NCBI RefSeq assembly: GCF_037042905.1
Contig: NC_087251.1
Location: 40,550,001 to 40,614,000, forward strand
Direction of reading: 5' to 3'
From: Lytechinus pictus
Taxonomy: Eukaryota
Length of the DNA: 64,000 nucleotides
The translations under genes and the position numbers were made by a program. This document shows, in pieces, positions 28,001-41,949 of the stretch; the first letter of the stretch is position 1; every line of letters starts with the position of its first letter. The notes beneath the pieces are model-generated. The model did no database searches and had not been told where the DNA came from. It was given only the letters and a program-made list of their open reading frames with translations.

Positions 28001-31000
28001 TTCTCAGTTAAACATTGAAATAAATAAGCCCCAGACGTCTCCTTGTTATGCCTCTCTTTTCCCCCTTTTCTTCCGTTTTTGTTTTCATTTTTCCCTCCTT
28101 TCCTCCATTTTTCATAACTTGAAAAATCGCTAGTGATAGTCGACCCAGGCCCCTCCCATGTGCCGCCGCCACCCATGGCAATACACGCAGTGATATATGA
28201 ACAGCTAATGGATTCTCTTGATAAGAATAGATTACCTGATGAAGTTATGCTTGTGTTTATTGTAGCTTCCGAGAGCAATGAGGACTCCTTGACCAAGCGA
28301 GTAAGAGAAGAAGATCTGAGTGGCTGCGTCCATCCATACCTGACAATATAAAGGTACATAATTTCATTCATTATTCAGAAAACTGAGCATTCGACAATCA
28401 TAAAATGAGGTGATAATTATAGAACGTGAAATTATTTATTACTTTATTGCTAAGAAATTTGATCTAGGAGCAAAGGAAGAAACATGTGACACATTTTTTT
28501 TTCGTATAAAGGATTCAGATTATTCAAATATCTGCCTCCCATAATATAGACCTTTTAAAAAGGCACTTCCAATATAGAGAGAATATGAAGTGTCCTTATG
28601 AAATTGATATTACAATAAAGTAATACAATTACGAGTATTTTGTTGAACAGCGATCGCTATTATAAAAAATGTACCCCCTTAAGGAAGGGATAATTATATT
28701 AAAACCGTTATTTATTTTTGCGATTTTCTCGTTACAACACAGAACCGTATGTCTATTTATCATTTTTAGACCCATGTAACGATTTACTCTACTCGAGAAT
28801 TGTTTATTAGCACAGATCTCTGAAGACCAGATAGATGTCGGTAGGACCATTCCATCCTAATCACATACGTCATAAAAAAGGGCTAAATGTGTCCACATAT
28901 AGTGCATGGGAAAATGAAGTATGCCAGGAGAGACTCCACTATTTCATGACCTAATGACCCAGGTGCATTACGGTGCGTTTCCAAATGAATGATTGGAAGA
29001 GTCCGTGAGCAGTTCTTACAGAATCATGAATATAAGAGAATGAACTTTAAAAATAAATTAATAAAAAAAAAATAATGATTTCGTATAACGCACGTATCCA
29101 CCTTCTTGGGTGCTCAAGCGCTCCTATAGCATACTGGCTAATGAGCTAGTCTACCGATTCGGTGCTCGCAGCTTTTTAAGGAATTGCTTCCTGCCGGTAC
29201 CCATTTACTTCACCTGGGTTTGAGTGCAAAATTCGGTGGGTAAATTTCTTGCTGAAGGAAGACACGCCATGTCTGGGAATTGAAAGACTAGACCACGAGG
29301 CCCCCACATCCCAGCTAACAATACCCTCTTTCATCAGCCTCTCACTCCCTCTCATGTCTTACATGGACACGCCCTCTTTCTCCAGCCTCTCATTTCTTAC
29401 ATGGACACGCCCTCTTTCACCAGCCTCTCATTTCTTACATGGACACGCCCTCTTTCACCAGCCTCTCATTTCTTACATGGACATGCCCTCTTTCACCAGC
29501 CTCTTACTCCCTCTCATTTCTTACATGGACACACCCTCTTTCACCAGCCTATCACTCCCTCTTTTTCTTACATGGACACGCCCTCTTTCACCAGCCTCTC
29601 ACTCCCTCTCATTTCTTACATGGAAACGCCCTCTTTCACCAGCCTCTAATTTCTTACATGGACACACCCTCTTTCACCAGCCATTCACTCCCTCTCATTT
29701 CTTACATGGACACTCCCTCTCATTTCTTACATGTACACACCCTCTTTCACCAGCCTCTCATTTCTTACATGGACACGCCCTCTTTCACCAGCCTCTCACT
29801 CCCTCTCATTTCTTACATGTACACACCCTCTTTCACCAGCCTCTCACTCCCTCTCATTTCTTACATGTACACACCCTCTTTCACCAGCCTCTCACTCCCT
29901 CTCATTTCTTACATGTACACACCCTCTTTCACCAGCCTCTCACTCCCTCTCATTTCTTACATGGACACACCCTCTTTCACCAGCCTCTCACTCCCTCTCA
30001 TTTCTTACATGGACGCGCCCTCTTCCATCAGCCTCTCACTCCCTCTAATTTCTTACATGGACACATTCTCTTTCACCAGCCTCTCACTCCCTCTCATTTC
30101 TCACATGGACACACCCTCTTTCACCAGCCTATCACTTCCACTTTTTTCTTACATGGACACGCCCTCTTTCACCAGCCACTCACTCCCTCTCATTTCTTCG
30201 AATGGAAACGCCCTCTTTCACCAGCCTCTAATTTCTTACATGGACACACCCTCTTTCACCAGCCATTCACTCCCTCTCATTTCTTACATGGACACTCCCT
30301 CTCATTTCTTACATGTACACACCCTCTTTCACCAGCCTCTCATTTCTTACATGGACACGCCCTCTTTCACCAGCCTCTCACTCCCTCTCATTTCTTACAT
30401 GTACACACCCTCTTTCACCAGCCTCTCACTCCCTCTCATTTCTTACATGTACACACCCTCTTTCACCAGCCTCTCACTCCCTCTCATTTCTTACATGTAC
30501 ACACCCTCTTTCACCAGCCTCTCACTCCCTCTCATTTCTTACATGGACACACCCTCTTTCACCAGCCTCTCACTCCCTCTCATTTCTTACATGGACACGC
30601 CCTCTTTCACCAGCCTCTCACTCCCTCTCATTTCTTACATGTACACACCCTCTTTCACCAGCCTCTCACTCCCTCTCATTTCTTACATGGACACGCCCTC
30701 TTTCACCAGCCTCTCACTCCCTCTCATTTCTTACATGGACGCGCCCTCTTTCATCAGCCTCTCACTCCCTCTAATTTCTTACATGGACACATTCTCTTTC
30801 ACCAGCCTCTCACTCCCTCTCATTTCTCACATGGACACACCCTCTTTCACCAACCTATCACTTCCACTTTTTTCTTACATGGACACGCCCTCTTTCACCA
30901 GCCTCTAATTTCTTACATGGACAGCCATTCACTCCCTCTCATTTCTTCGAATGGAAACGCCCTCTTTCACCAGCCTCTAATTTCTTACATGGACAGCCAT

Positions 31001-34000
31001 TCACTCCCTCTCATTTCATACATGGACACGCCCTCTTTCACCAGCCTCTCACTCCGTCTAATTTCTTACATGGACACGCCCTCTTTCACCAGCCTCTCAC
31101 TCCCTCTCATTTCTTACATGTACACACCCTCTTTCACCAGCCTCTCACTCCTCATTTCCTACATGGACACGCCCTCTTTCACCAGCCTCTCACTCCCTCT
31201 CATTTCTTACATGGACACGCCCTCTTTCACCAGCCTCTCACTCCATCTCATTTCTTACATGGACGCGCCCTCTTTCACCAGCCTCTCACTCCCTCTCATT
31301 TCTTACATGGACACGCCCTCTTTCACTAGCCTCTCACTCCCTCTCATTTCTCACATGGACACACCCTCTTTCACCATTCTATCACTTCCTCTTTTTTCTT
31401 ACATGGACACGCCCTCTTTCACCAGCCTCTCACTCCCTCTCATTTCTTACATGGAAACGCCCTCTTTCACCAGCCTCTAATTTCTTACATGGACGCGCCC
31501 ATTGTCACCAGCCATTCACTCCCTCTCATTTCATACATGGACACACCCTCTTTCACCAGCCATTCACTCCCTCTCATTTCTTACATGGACACACCCTCTT
31601 TCACCAGCCTCTCATTTCTTACATGGACACGCCCTCTTTCACCAGCCTCTCACTCCCTCTAATTTCTTACATGGACACGCCCTCTTTCACCAGCCTCTCC
31701 CTCCCTCTCATTTCTTACATGGACAAGCCCTCTTTCACCAGCCTCTCACTCCCTCTACTTTCTTACATGGACACGCCCTCTTTCACCAGCATCTCACTCC
31801 CCCTCATTTCTTACATGGACACGCCCTCTTTCACCAGCCTCTCATTACTTACATGGACACGCTCTCTTTCACCAGCCTCTTACTCCATCTCATTTAATAC
31901 ATGGACATGCCCTCTTTCATAATTCAATGAAGCCATTAGTACTCCTACATCCAGGAACCAGGAGAAAAGAGACTTCATTTTTACTTCTTTTTTTTTGCAA
32001 AACTATTATGGAACGATAATATAACGAAATAAAGTTAACATGGAAAGTTTAAATAATTGTCTTTCTGCGAGCAGTGCATCGGTATGCAAGATCATGTATT
32101 GATTGCTTCAAGACACAATCATCGTGAATCGTTTACAACCAATCCAATTATCAACCGTGTGAGAAGCATAAAATAAAAAATGTTCCCATATTATTCGGCT
32201 ATTATGATCAGTGTGAAACAATGAATGCCATCTTAAAATTAATTCATAATTAATACAGGGGCGGCCTCACATTTGGCCCCTATGATTTTTCAAGATGTAA
32301 AAAAATGAGAAAATGGGGTACAAATAAAACAAGAAAGAAGAGTATGAAATAGGTCTGGGCCGTATTCACTCAATAAATCCCTATAACTCATTTGAGAAAA
32401 ACACCTGACGTCACCTTCCGATCATTATCAAATGAAAGCATTTCGTCTCATTTCTCAGAAAAAATATGAAATAAGTCATGATCATTAAAGCATTGTGCGC
32501 TATGCTCAATGATCACTAAGGTCTGAAGTAGATATGCACTATCGCATACAATTATTCATAATCCTGATCATAATTTGCAACTAGGTGCAAAACAAAGGCT
32601 ATACTTTTCCATTTCATATGATATATAATTATTATGATAGCAAAATTAGGACCTTTTTTAGGTTCCAGCATCTTCTCATTTTACATTGTTATATGAAGTG
32701 TACAAATAATTAATTGGGACCCTGTAGACGTTAATGTAATTATGGAGGCCTTCTAGCAACAATCTACTTTTTTTTATTAATAAGGCAAATTTCAAATGGG
32801 ACTTTTTTATCAGCAAACATAATTTGTCGGCAAACGTACCTTAATATTACGTAAAAGCCCAGAGATGGAAAGACATCCTCCGTTGGAAATATTACCATGC
32901 ATTATGGTGAAAGTGTTACTAAGCTATTATTCATGTGGTTCTCGAAATACCTAATGCTATTAAGATCATTATCTGACACATTTGCCTTTGGGGATAAGTT
33001 ATTAAAACTTGAATATGATGGAATCGCATCTTTGCGTCTATTTAAAAAATAGAGTACAAGGATTCGAGTCATCTTAGTACATGTAGCGTATGGACCAGAT
33101 ACTTGAAATCACCAGAAACTGATAAACATTTGGGAGAAACAATTAGGCCTACGATTATGAGAAATAATTTCATCCAACCTTAAAAGTAAGACCAGTCAGG
33201 TAAGAACATGAGGAATTAGTAGTAGCTGATATCACGCAGGGTATGAATGGTATACTGTCAAAACGCTCCACTTTATCATCACTCCATGGGATGCGGTACA
33301 CGTCATCAATTTGCAATCGGACAAAAACAAAACAAGAATGGAGCGGACAAAAATCCTCCAGTTAAGACAGAAGGGGATGGAGAAATCTCATTTAGATATT
33401 GACATGACAAACGGCAGGATGCTCGCTTGTATTACATGTCCTGAAACAATATTGCCTTCATTTCCATCTTGATTTTGAATGTCAACGCTAGGATTATGGC
33501 GGGCCTTTAACAGAAGTAGTGTGCTTCGTCACTACTAGAGACACTCACGATATAACTACACGTAGGGAGTCTACCCTATTATATTTCTCCTACAATAATA
33601 ATGTTTGTCAACCCTGACACATAAAAAGCTGTAGCTGTAGATTAGAGAACATTATCATTATTATTAAACAGGGAAACCTTACAGCTTGAATCTTTAAATC
33701 AATTAAATGGAAATTGATTCAAAACTGGTCAGAGATCAGTTGGTAAATTCCCGGCTTTTTGGATTGAACACCATTCACTGTTGACTTCAACTGGATCGGA
33801 TCGGAGAAAGATATTAATATATATTATTGGCCATCACGATTCCATAAATGTAGTTGTTAAGTCTAGAGTCTAGACGATGAGAAGACGTGAATGAATGTGA
33901 CAGAGCGAGCAATATGGAATATAATTTGAAACGCTTCGTCAGTAGAGTAAAGAGGTTTTGGTTGAGCCACCCCGGATCAGTTACAGTCCGTCGAATGGAC

Positions 34001-37000
34001 GGTTTTAGATGGAGACATCTGCCTCGAAATAACATTTGTGCCAGAGCAATTGCACAGCACTTAACCTTCAAAATGGAGATTATGCTTTCTTAATCAATAA
34101 CAAAAAGATTCACGCCGTATACGCCGTATTCACGCCGTATATCACTAAGCAATAAGAGCTTTGCTTTTCTCTGTATGTTTCTGACATAATACTCTACACA
34201 CAGGAAATACGATGTACATATTTTGTTATGTTACCCTGAAATCATTTCCTTTTTATTCTAAATAGGGATTTTCTCTCTCGTGCTGTCTCTCCCTCTCTAA
34301 ATCTTTCTCTCAATTATCATGAAGGTAAAACACACAGTAATAACGCGATAAATAACATTTTGCTATTACATGTGGGCGAGGTATAACACTATCGAAGTTT
34401 GCACTAACTAATATTATAGTAACGGGGGTAATTTGTTAATGAGGAGTCTGTGCATTCTATATGATTATAAGCATATCAATGAGTAAATCAATATCTTACA
34501 CGAGTAGGCCGTAAAGTATGTAGGGTAGAGTAGGGTTAATAAGGCCCACTTTTTAAAATTTCCAATCATATCATTTCATACAAAGCAGTAGAAACACGAT
34601 TAGACGACATGACCAATAATTATTGATCTGCAATCGATCTACATTATTCTGTAGAAGTGTTAGAAACAGCCGGTCTAATTAGTATATTACTGACTAATGA
34701 ATATCTTTGACCGGTGGACTCATTCACTTCACCGAAATGGGGCAAATGAGCAAATTTCTAAGCAAGTGGAGTGCCTCTGGCAGTCTCGCCTGTATTACGC
34801 GATTCAATGTAGCAGCAGTGCTGACTTTAATAATGACTATAAAATAACTATAAACAAAAAACACCTTTCATATAGTAATATACTACTACGTTCATTGACA
34901 ATAAATGACATTTGACCTTGATCAAGTGACCTAAGATTTGTCAGTGATACTTGATTACCCCTATATCCACATTTCATTAACTATATCCATAAACTTTCAA
35001 AGTTATGATGGCAATTCAACAATTACCCACAACGTGCATGACGTGGCCAAAGTTCATCGACCTTGGTCATGTGACCTGAAACTCGCACAGGATGTTCAGT
35101 GACACTTGATTACTCTTGACTTATGTCCACGTTTTATGAACTAGATCCATAAACTTTCAAAGTTACGATGGTAATTCAACAAAATTAATACCCCCAATAT
35201 GACCAAAGTTCGTTGACCCCAAATGACTTTTGACTTTGGTCATTTGACCTGAAACTCGCACAGGATGTTCAGTGATACTTGATTACTCCTAACATGTCCA
35301 ATTTTTATGAACTAGATCCATAAACTTTCAGAGTTACGATGGCAATTCAACAAATACCCCCAATATGACCAACGTTCATTGACCCTATGACCTTGGTCAT
35401 GTGACCTGAAACTCGCACAGGATGTTCCTCTGAACAAGTACCTCAACAAGTATCTCTATACTTGATTACTCTTATGTCCAAGTTTTATGAACTAGATCCA
35501 TAAACTTTCAAAGTTACGATGGAAATTCAACAAATACCCCCAATATGCCCAAAGTTCAATGACCCTAAATGACATTCGACCTTGGTCAAGTGACCTGAAA
35601 CTCAGGCAGGATATTTAGTAATACTTCATTACCCCTATGTGTAAGTTTCATGAACTAGGTCTATATACTTTTTAAGTTATGATGTCATTTAAAAAACTTA
35701 ACCTTATGTTAAGATTTCGATATTGATTCCCCCAACATGGTCTAAGTTCATTTACCCTAAGTGGCCTTTGACCTTGGTCATGTGACCTGAATCCAAGGCA
35801 GGATGTTCAGTAATACTTGATTACCCTTATGTCCAAATTTCATGAACTAGATCCATATACTTTCTAAGTTATGATGTCATTTCAAAAACTTAACCTTATG
35901 GTTAGGGTTTGATGTTGACGCTGCCGCCGCCGGAAAAGCAGCGAATATAGTCTCGCTCTGCTATGTGCAGGCGAGACAGCAACAACAACATAACTGGACA
36001 TTTTAATAACCTTCTGCATAAAAATTCATAAATAGGGTATTTTCCTCACAAAACATATAATTCGAGCACGAAGTTCGAGCTGAACAATATAAGTTTTTTT
36101 CTTATAAGCATCGTTTGACACAATAAAGAGGTTACGTAGCTCAAGAAATGAATAGTGCGATAGTGAAGCTATAGCTGAAAATTTTGAGGAAAATGGCAAA
36201 AATTGAAATTTCCAACTATTTGTGTTATTTTACAGGAAGCGTATCACCCGCAAGAAATAGGCGTAATGCGCGCGCGAAACGCAAGCTGAAATTTGACGCA
36301 TAAACATGATATATTACCGTGTTTACACTTAATCGGCAATTGGTTCTGAACCAAATGCCGATGCAGAATCGGCATTTGGATTGCGTTTACACGTTGTTAC
36401 AGCTCGCGGTTCAGAACCGCGAGCCGATGCAAAAACCTGAAATGATACGCATACCTACAATATACGTCATAAATAAAGACAACGCTGGATCAGTGCGCTT
36501 ACAATTACGTCACAATGGTAAAGTAATTGAAATGCGCACAAATAGCCGGTGCAGAATCGGCTTTCTGTTTACACGTAGTAAAAAAGCCGATTCTGCATCG
36601 GCTCGCGGTTCAGAACGGTGGTGCAAATTGCCGGTTCTGAACCGCGAGCCGATTCAAGTTGCTCGCGTTTACACGCTATGAAAAAGCCGATGCTGAATCG
36701 GCTCGCGGTTCAGAACCGCGAGCCGATTCAAATGCCGATTAAGTGTAAACACGGTATTGAGGAGTATGCGTCTCATTAATCAAATAATTACCGTGTTTAC
36801 ACTTAATCGGCAATTGGTTCTGAACCAAATGCCGATGCAGAATCGGCATTTGGATTGCGTTTACACGTTGTTACAGCTCGCGGTTCAGAACCGCGAGCCG
36901 ATGCAAAAACCTGAAATGATACGCATACCTACAATATACGTCATAACAAAGACAACGCTGGATCAGTGCGCTTACAATTACGTCACAATGGTAAAGTAAT

Positions 37001-40000
37001 TGAAATGCGCACAAATTGCCGGTGCAGAATCGGCTTTCTGTTTACACGTAGTAAAAAAGCCGATTCTGCATCGGCTCGCGGTTCAGAACCTACTACTTTG
37101 GTGGTGCAAATTGCCGGTTCTGAACCGCGAGCCGATTCAAGTTGCTCGCGTTTACACGCTATGAAAAAGCCGATGCTGAATCGGCTCGCGGTTCAGAACC
37201 GCGAGCCGATTCAAATGCCGATTAAGTGTAAACACGGTAAATGAGAGCGCGAAAGCGCAACCAGAAAATGATTGATACTCATACCGGAAAGGGGCTTTTT
37301 TGAGCAAGGGTGCTGATTCAACATTGTCTTGAGGAGGGGGCGGAATTTTATTTTGTCCATGATGATTTCCCCCAATAGGCTGCTCGGAGAGCTACAAAAG
37401 TTGAAGTTTAGATGCATGTCAGCTTTACTTTTATAAGATAAGTTTGCTTCACAATTTGTTTGTTTTTGTTGAGGGACTTGTCCTTCTGACCCCACCTCTC
37501 TAATCTGACTTCCATGACGTTGTATATTTTTCAAGTTCCAAATACTTTCTCGAAGCGTAAACTTTATTGATACGCGCTGTATGCCAATTCATGAAATTAT
37601 CCAATTCGATATGCATCAGTACTCTGAACAATTTTCCGCAAAGTCAATTTACACATCAAATTAGAGAGCAACTTCTGTTTCCCAGATTGATGATTACATC
37701 AGTTCAATTCTTTATTCCATTTCCATTCAAAACATAATACAAAGTAATATAAAGCAATACAAATCAAATACAATTTTACAGACGAGCATTCTTACTTCGT
37801 AAAACAAAAAAAAACCAGTATAATATTCCACACATGATCCATCTTCCACACATGATCTATAATATTCTCTGCAGTCATAATAACACTCTATTAGTCCAAC
37901 ACTCCTTCATTCACTTCTCACGAATTCTCCTCAATGCTTAAATTCATATGGTAATAGATTATAAACTACACCATGTACACTTACTTGTTAGTTCATTGAT
38001 TTTGGAGCCTTTATTCCGATAAACCAATATTATATCATGAAATAAGCTGCGCATCCCCGCCAACAAAAAAGGAAAAAAAAAGATTGCTAGAAAACTTAAA
38101 CCTCGCTGCAAATGTTTTGACCCCCCCAAAAAAAAAAAAAAAACAACGAGAGGAACGCCTCTGGCAGTCTCTAGCCTGCATTACGCAATTCAATATGACC
38201 CTTGACCTTGTGACCTGAAACTCATGGAAGATGATCAATGATACTTGATTGACCTTATGTTTAAGTTTCATAAACTCGGTCCATATAGTAGTAATGAAAT
38301 TTCACAATCTTAACCTTGGTTAAGATTTCAATGATGACGCCGCCTTCGGAGAAGCGGCGCCTATTATAATAATAGTCTCGCTCTGCTGTATGAAGCAGAG
38401 ACAATAAAGCGAGATGGGCCTTTGAAATTTATATGCAGAAGTTAGAAATCTAAAAATCAGCTTTTAGACTGTGATTATCAAATTCTCTATAAAGCTATTC
38501 TTCAAATTTCAGACTATATATTATGGACCAGTAAATCAAACGCTATCAACACCACAAGATGCGAAAGAAAAGTGTCAAATGCGGCTACAATTATACTTAA
38601 AAAAATCAATTTTCAATCAAATCATTAAGAATTGTCACATATTTTTCGAGATGCATATGTGTAATGACGTCTAAATCTTTGTCACATATTTTTCGAGATG
38701 CATATGTGTAATGACGTCTTTGAAAGATGTGGAGGACATTTCTTATATTTCCTCACAATTTGTCAAATGTAGGTTAATTCTTACATGTAAAGAGCGTCTC
38801 TTTGACTACAAAATGAGTGGTCGTCTTGCGGAAGCTTTCCTTTCCTCGCCCCATCGGCAAAATGTAAGAGTATAATCAAAAGGACTATGTCCCTAGAGGT
38901 ACTCTTATACACTGATCGCACCAGGCGGCTCTTGACAAGAAGGATGGCAAGAAAAAAATCATATCTAAGGGGAAGGAGTGAGATACCGGAGCACTCACTC
39001 TACAGAGGGGGGATATGAAAGATGGGAGCCGGTGGAGGAATGGGGGTATTTATTTTAGAGCGTGTGTACACACCACAACTCTCCCGTTACCGCGAGGGGG
39101 CAAACTGAAGCATATGGAAATTAGAGAACGGAGCAAAAAGCTCAAATGGCGGGTTAAAGACGTTGAAGATGAGAGTGGTGTATATCGATGCTTGTTTGAC
39201 ATCATTCAGGATGTGTTTTAGGTATAGATCGTCGTATCATTTTCTCTCTCTTTCTTTTCAAGTATTGCACCAATATAGTGTAAGCTAAATCATGGGCGGT
39301 TATAGAATCATGCATGCTAAGGCTTCATACTGGTATTTTCGACAGGACAGGTCATATATCAAACTGAATATTGTTTTGTTTCGGGAAAACATTTTTTGAA
39401 AGAGGTTTTGCTTATAATCATAGTGTGCATGCTTGTAGCCAAGGTATGACCATTTTTGTACTGTTCCCTGCTTATCAGTTATAACAATGAATTCCAAAAT
39501 TGTATATATACAGCGCTTTATTATACTATAGAGATACTGCAAAGAAGATTCAACGTTAATAGGCTTTTCAAATCAAAATAAATCATCTATATTAATCATA
39601 ATATCATATGACACAAATTATTAAATATATTTTCCCTGAAACTACTAAAGAGCATTGGCTTTTTTCAAAAAGCGGATATTTTCACTGGATTACTTGACTT
39701 ATTTTACGTTATTTGGGTATCTTCAAAGAAAAAACAAGGGATATATAGGTATATGACTTCCCTTTCAGCGCAGCGTATTTTGATAAATAATTCAATTTAA
39801 ACATTACTTCCCAAATTTACCAAGATAGCAGCATAATGAAATCATCCGTGCCTTGAAGCGAGGTGAGGTATTAAACAATGTCAGGTCAGTCAATAACACT
39901 ACAAAGACCATCTAACCTGTATATCTATTGGCCAACTTCCATCATCGCGGCATGCAATATTAATTCCCATTCTTCAATTTTCATGCAAAGCATATCATTA

Positions 40001-41909
40001 ACATTTCTCATATAAGCTATAGCTGGGAGTCTGGGACTCACATTATTCGTCATAGCATCACTCTCTCCTGTTGGTTTTAATCCGAAGGAAAAATTAAAGA
40101 GGAGCCTTAATAAGTCTGCAGTTGTCGTTATGGCGTACGAGCGATGTCGAAAGAGGGTCACACCATGCCCCTATAATTGGCGGATAGAGGTACGAATAAA
40201 GCCAAGATGATGCGCCTTTGGTAGCGTTCGGAGGCGAATACCGCAAATCATATTCAGATATAGAACGCATCGGTGGAGATCACTACATATAATTTAGATC
40301 AGAATACCACAAAGGGGGTTACGCTAACCCCAAGACATATAGACCCCTAATTGACTTGACCTCTATATCGATGACAATAGTTTGTTGTCGTAAATATTCA
40401 TGGAGCGTCTTTCGCGTCGCCCATTTATTATAACGCACCGTGTGAGGCGCATTCAAACTATTAGCATTTTAAAGCTAAACTTTAAAACCACGATTTTGTA
40501 TGAATGCCTAATTAAGTACATACTACTTCATTTATAAGCAATGGGGTTTTTTCAATTTCAACGGAAGAATAAAATATGTTTGCAAGAAAATTGGCCAGCT
40601 AAAGCGTACTGCGTGGTAGCATATTATCATTCATCACGTAGAATATTTTATCGCAAATCGTAATTTCATCGCACGTTGCAAAAACATGAACGATATTTAT
40701 AATATCCTCGGGGTCACATCACAGAAAGTACAGGTACACGTGTCAACATAATGTTTGTCATCACGCTCGCTAATTATTTTAACATCTTACTCTGATCGAA
40801 ACTCTAGCCGCGTATCCAAATTCCCTTCATATTTCCTACTCTTCTCTGTTTCTAAATAACGGCACAAGGTGAAGTTCTTTAACTATGGTGACATTTGTAA
40901 ATGAGTTTATGTCGCATGTGGTTTAATGAAAACGAATAGTTACGTACATCGTTACTGTAAACTTGTCGTGGCTTGTGCGGTTTTCTCCAGAAATAAGGCA
41001 ATAATCATGGATATCAGTCTTTTACAACAGAATGGAAAGTTAGCTCTAAAAATGTGTGTTCATATCCAATTCATGTCCATCGATAGATCGGCCAGCGGTC
41101 AAATTCACAAATCGCTTTTCGCGATATTAGTGTTGAGGATATTAAGGACGTCAGGGGCGAAATGGTCATGTTCAATCCAATATGACGAGGCCAGAGTCCC
41201 GCATTAAAATGGCGGCATTCTTTTCTTGCCTCCGGCGGGTGTTGCCGTTACAGGCTCAAAGGAGATATGAAAAATGCATTAAACATAATACCTGGACACC
41301 CAGAGGCGGTGGGGATAATTGTCTGACATTCATAGCGAATTGCTTTACGTCTTACGTTACAATGGTATCACTCCCTCTCTTGAGTGGGGCTGACCCTTCA
41401 AACGTCCGATGAAACTGTGTGATCCTCACGAGGAATCCTTAAAGTACATGCCAATGGGTTTAGCTCAATAGAGTACAATTATTCCATGGAGGTAGAACCT
41501 CCATGATTATTCCAAACCCCTTGTAGTTACCACTCTTCTGTATAGGCCTATATTTGTATAACTTGGATTTAAATGTTCACTGGATATCCAGGTGACAGGA
41601 TCTCATTTTACGGTATGAATGACCAAGTCGCTTTTACCTGTCCGTGTCTTCTTTCGCTGTGCTTTTTATCTACTAATTCATCCGCCCAGGGGGCCGTTTC
41701 ATAAAGCTGTTCGTAAGTTAAGAGCGACTTTAAGAACGACTGGTGAACCCTTCTTACGCGCTAAACCATCGCCAATTCAGTATACTATTTATCACAAGAA
41801 AGGATCACCAGTCGTTCTTAAAGTCGCTCTTAACTTACGAACAGCTTTATGAAACACCCACCGGTTTCGTTATCTTTTTACCTTTTTCTTCTCACCTCCC
41901 CTTGTCCCT

Positions 41910-41949
<40 letters not shown>

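Noticed and set aside
29320..31920. CRISPR-like array
   Set aside because: Head-to-tail repeats with no unique spacers, no cas genes, and a eukaryotic intron context.
29249..31922. 743-aa, 489-aa and other long + strand ORFs
   Set aside because: Artefacts of the 48-bp minisatellite, which lacks stop codons in all three frames; the 38-bp variants shift frame freely.
36319..37244. Duplicated 80-120 aa ORFs
   Set aside because: They lie wholly inside the palindromic MITE pair and show no protein motifs.
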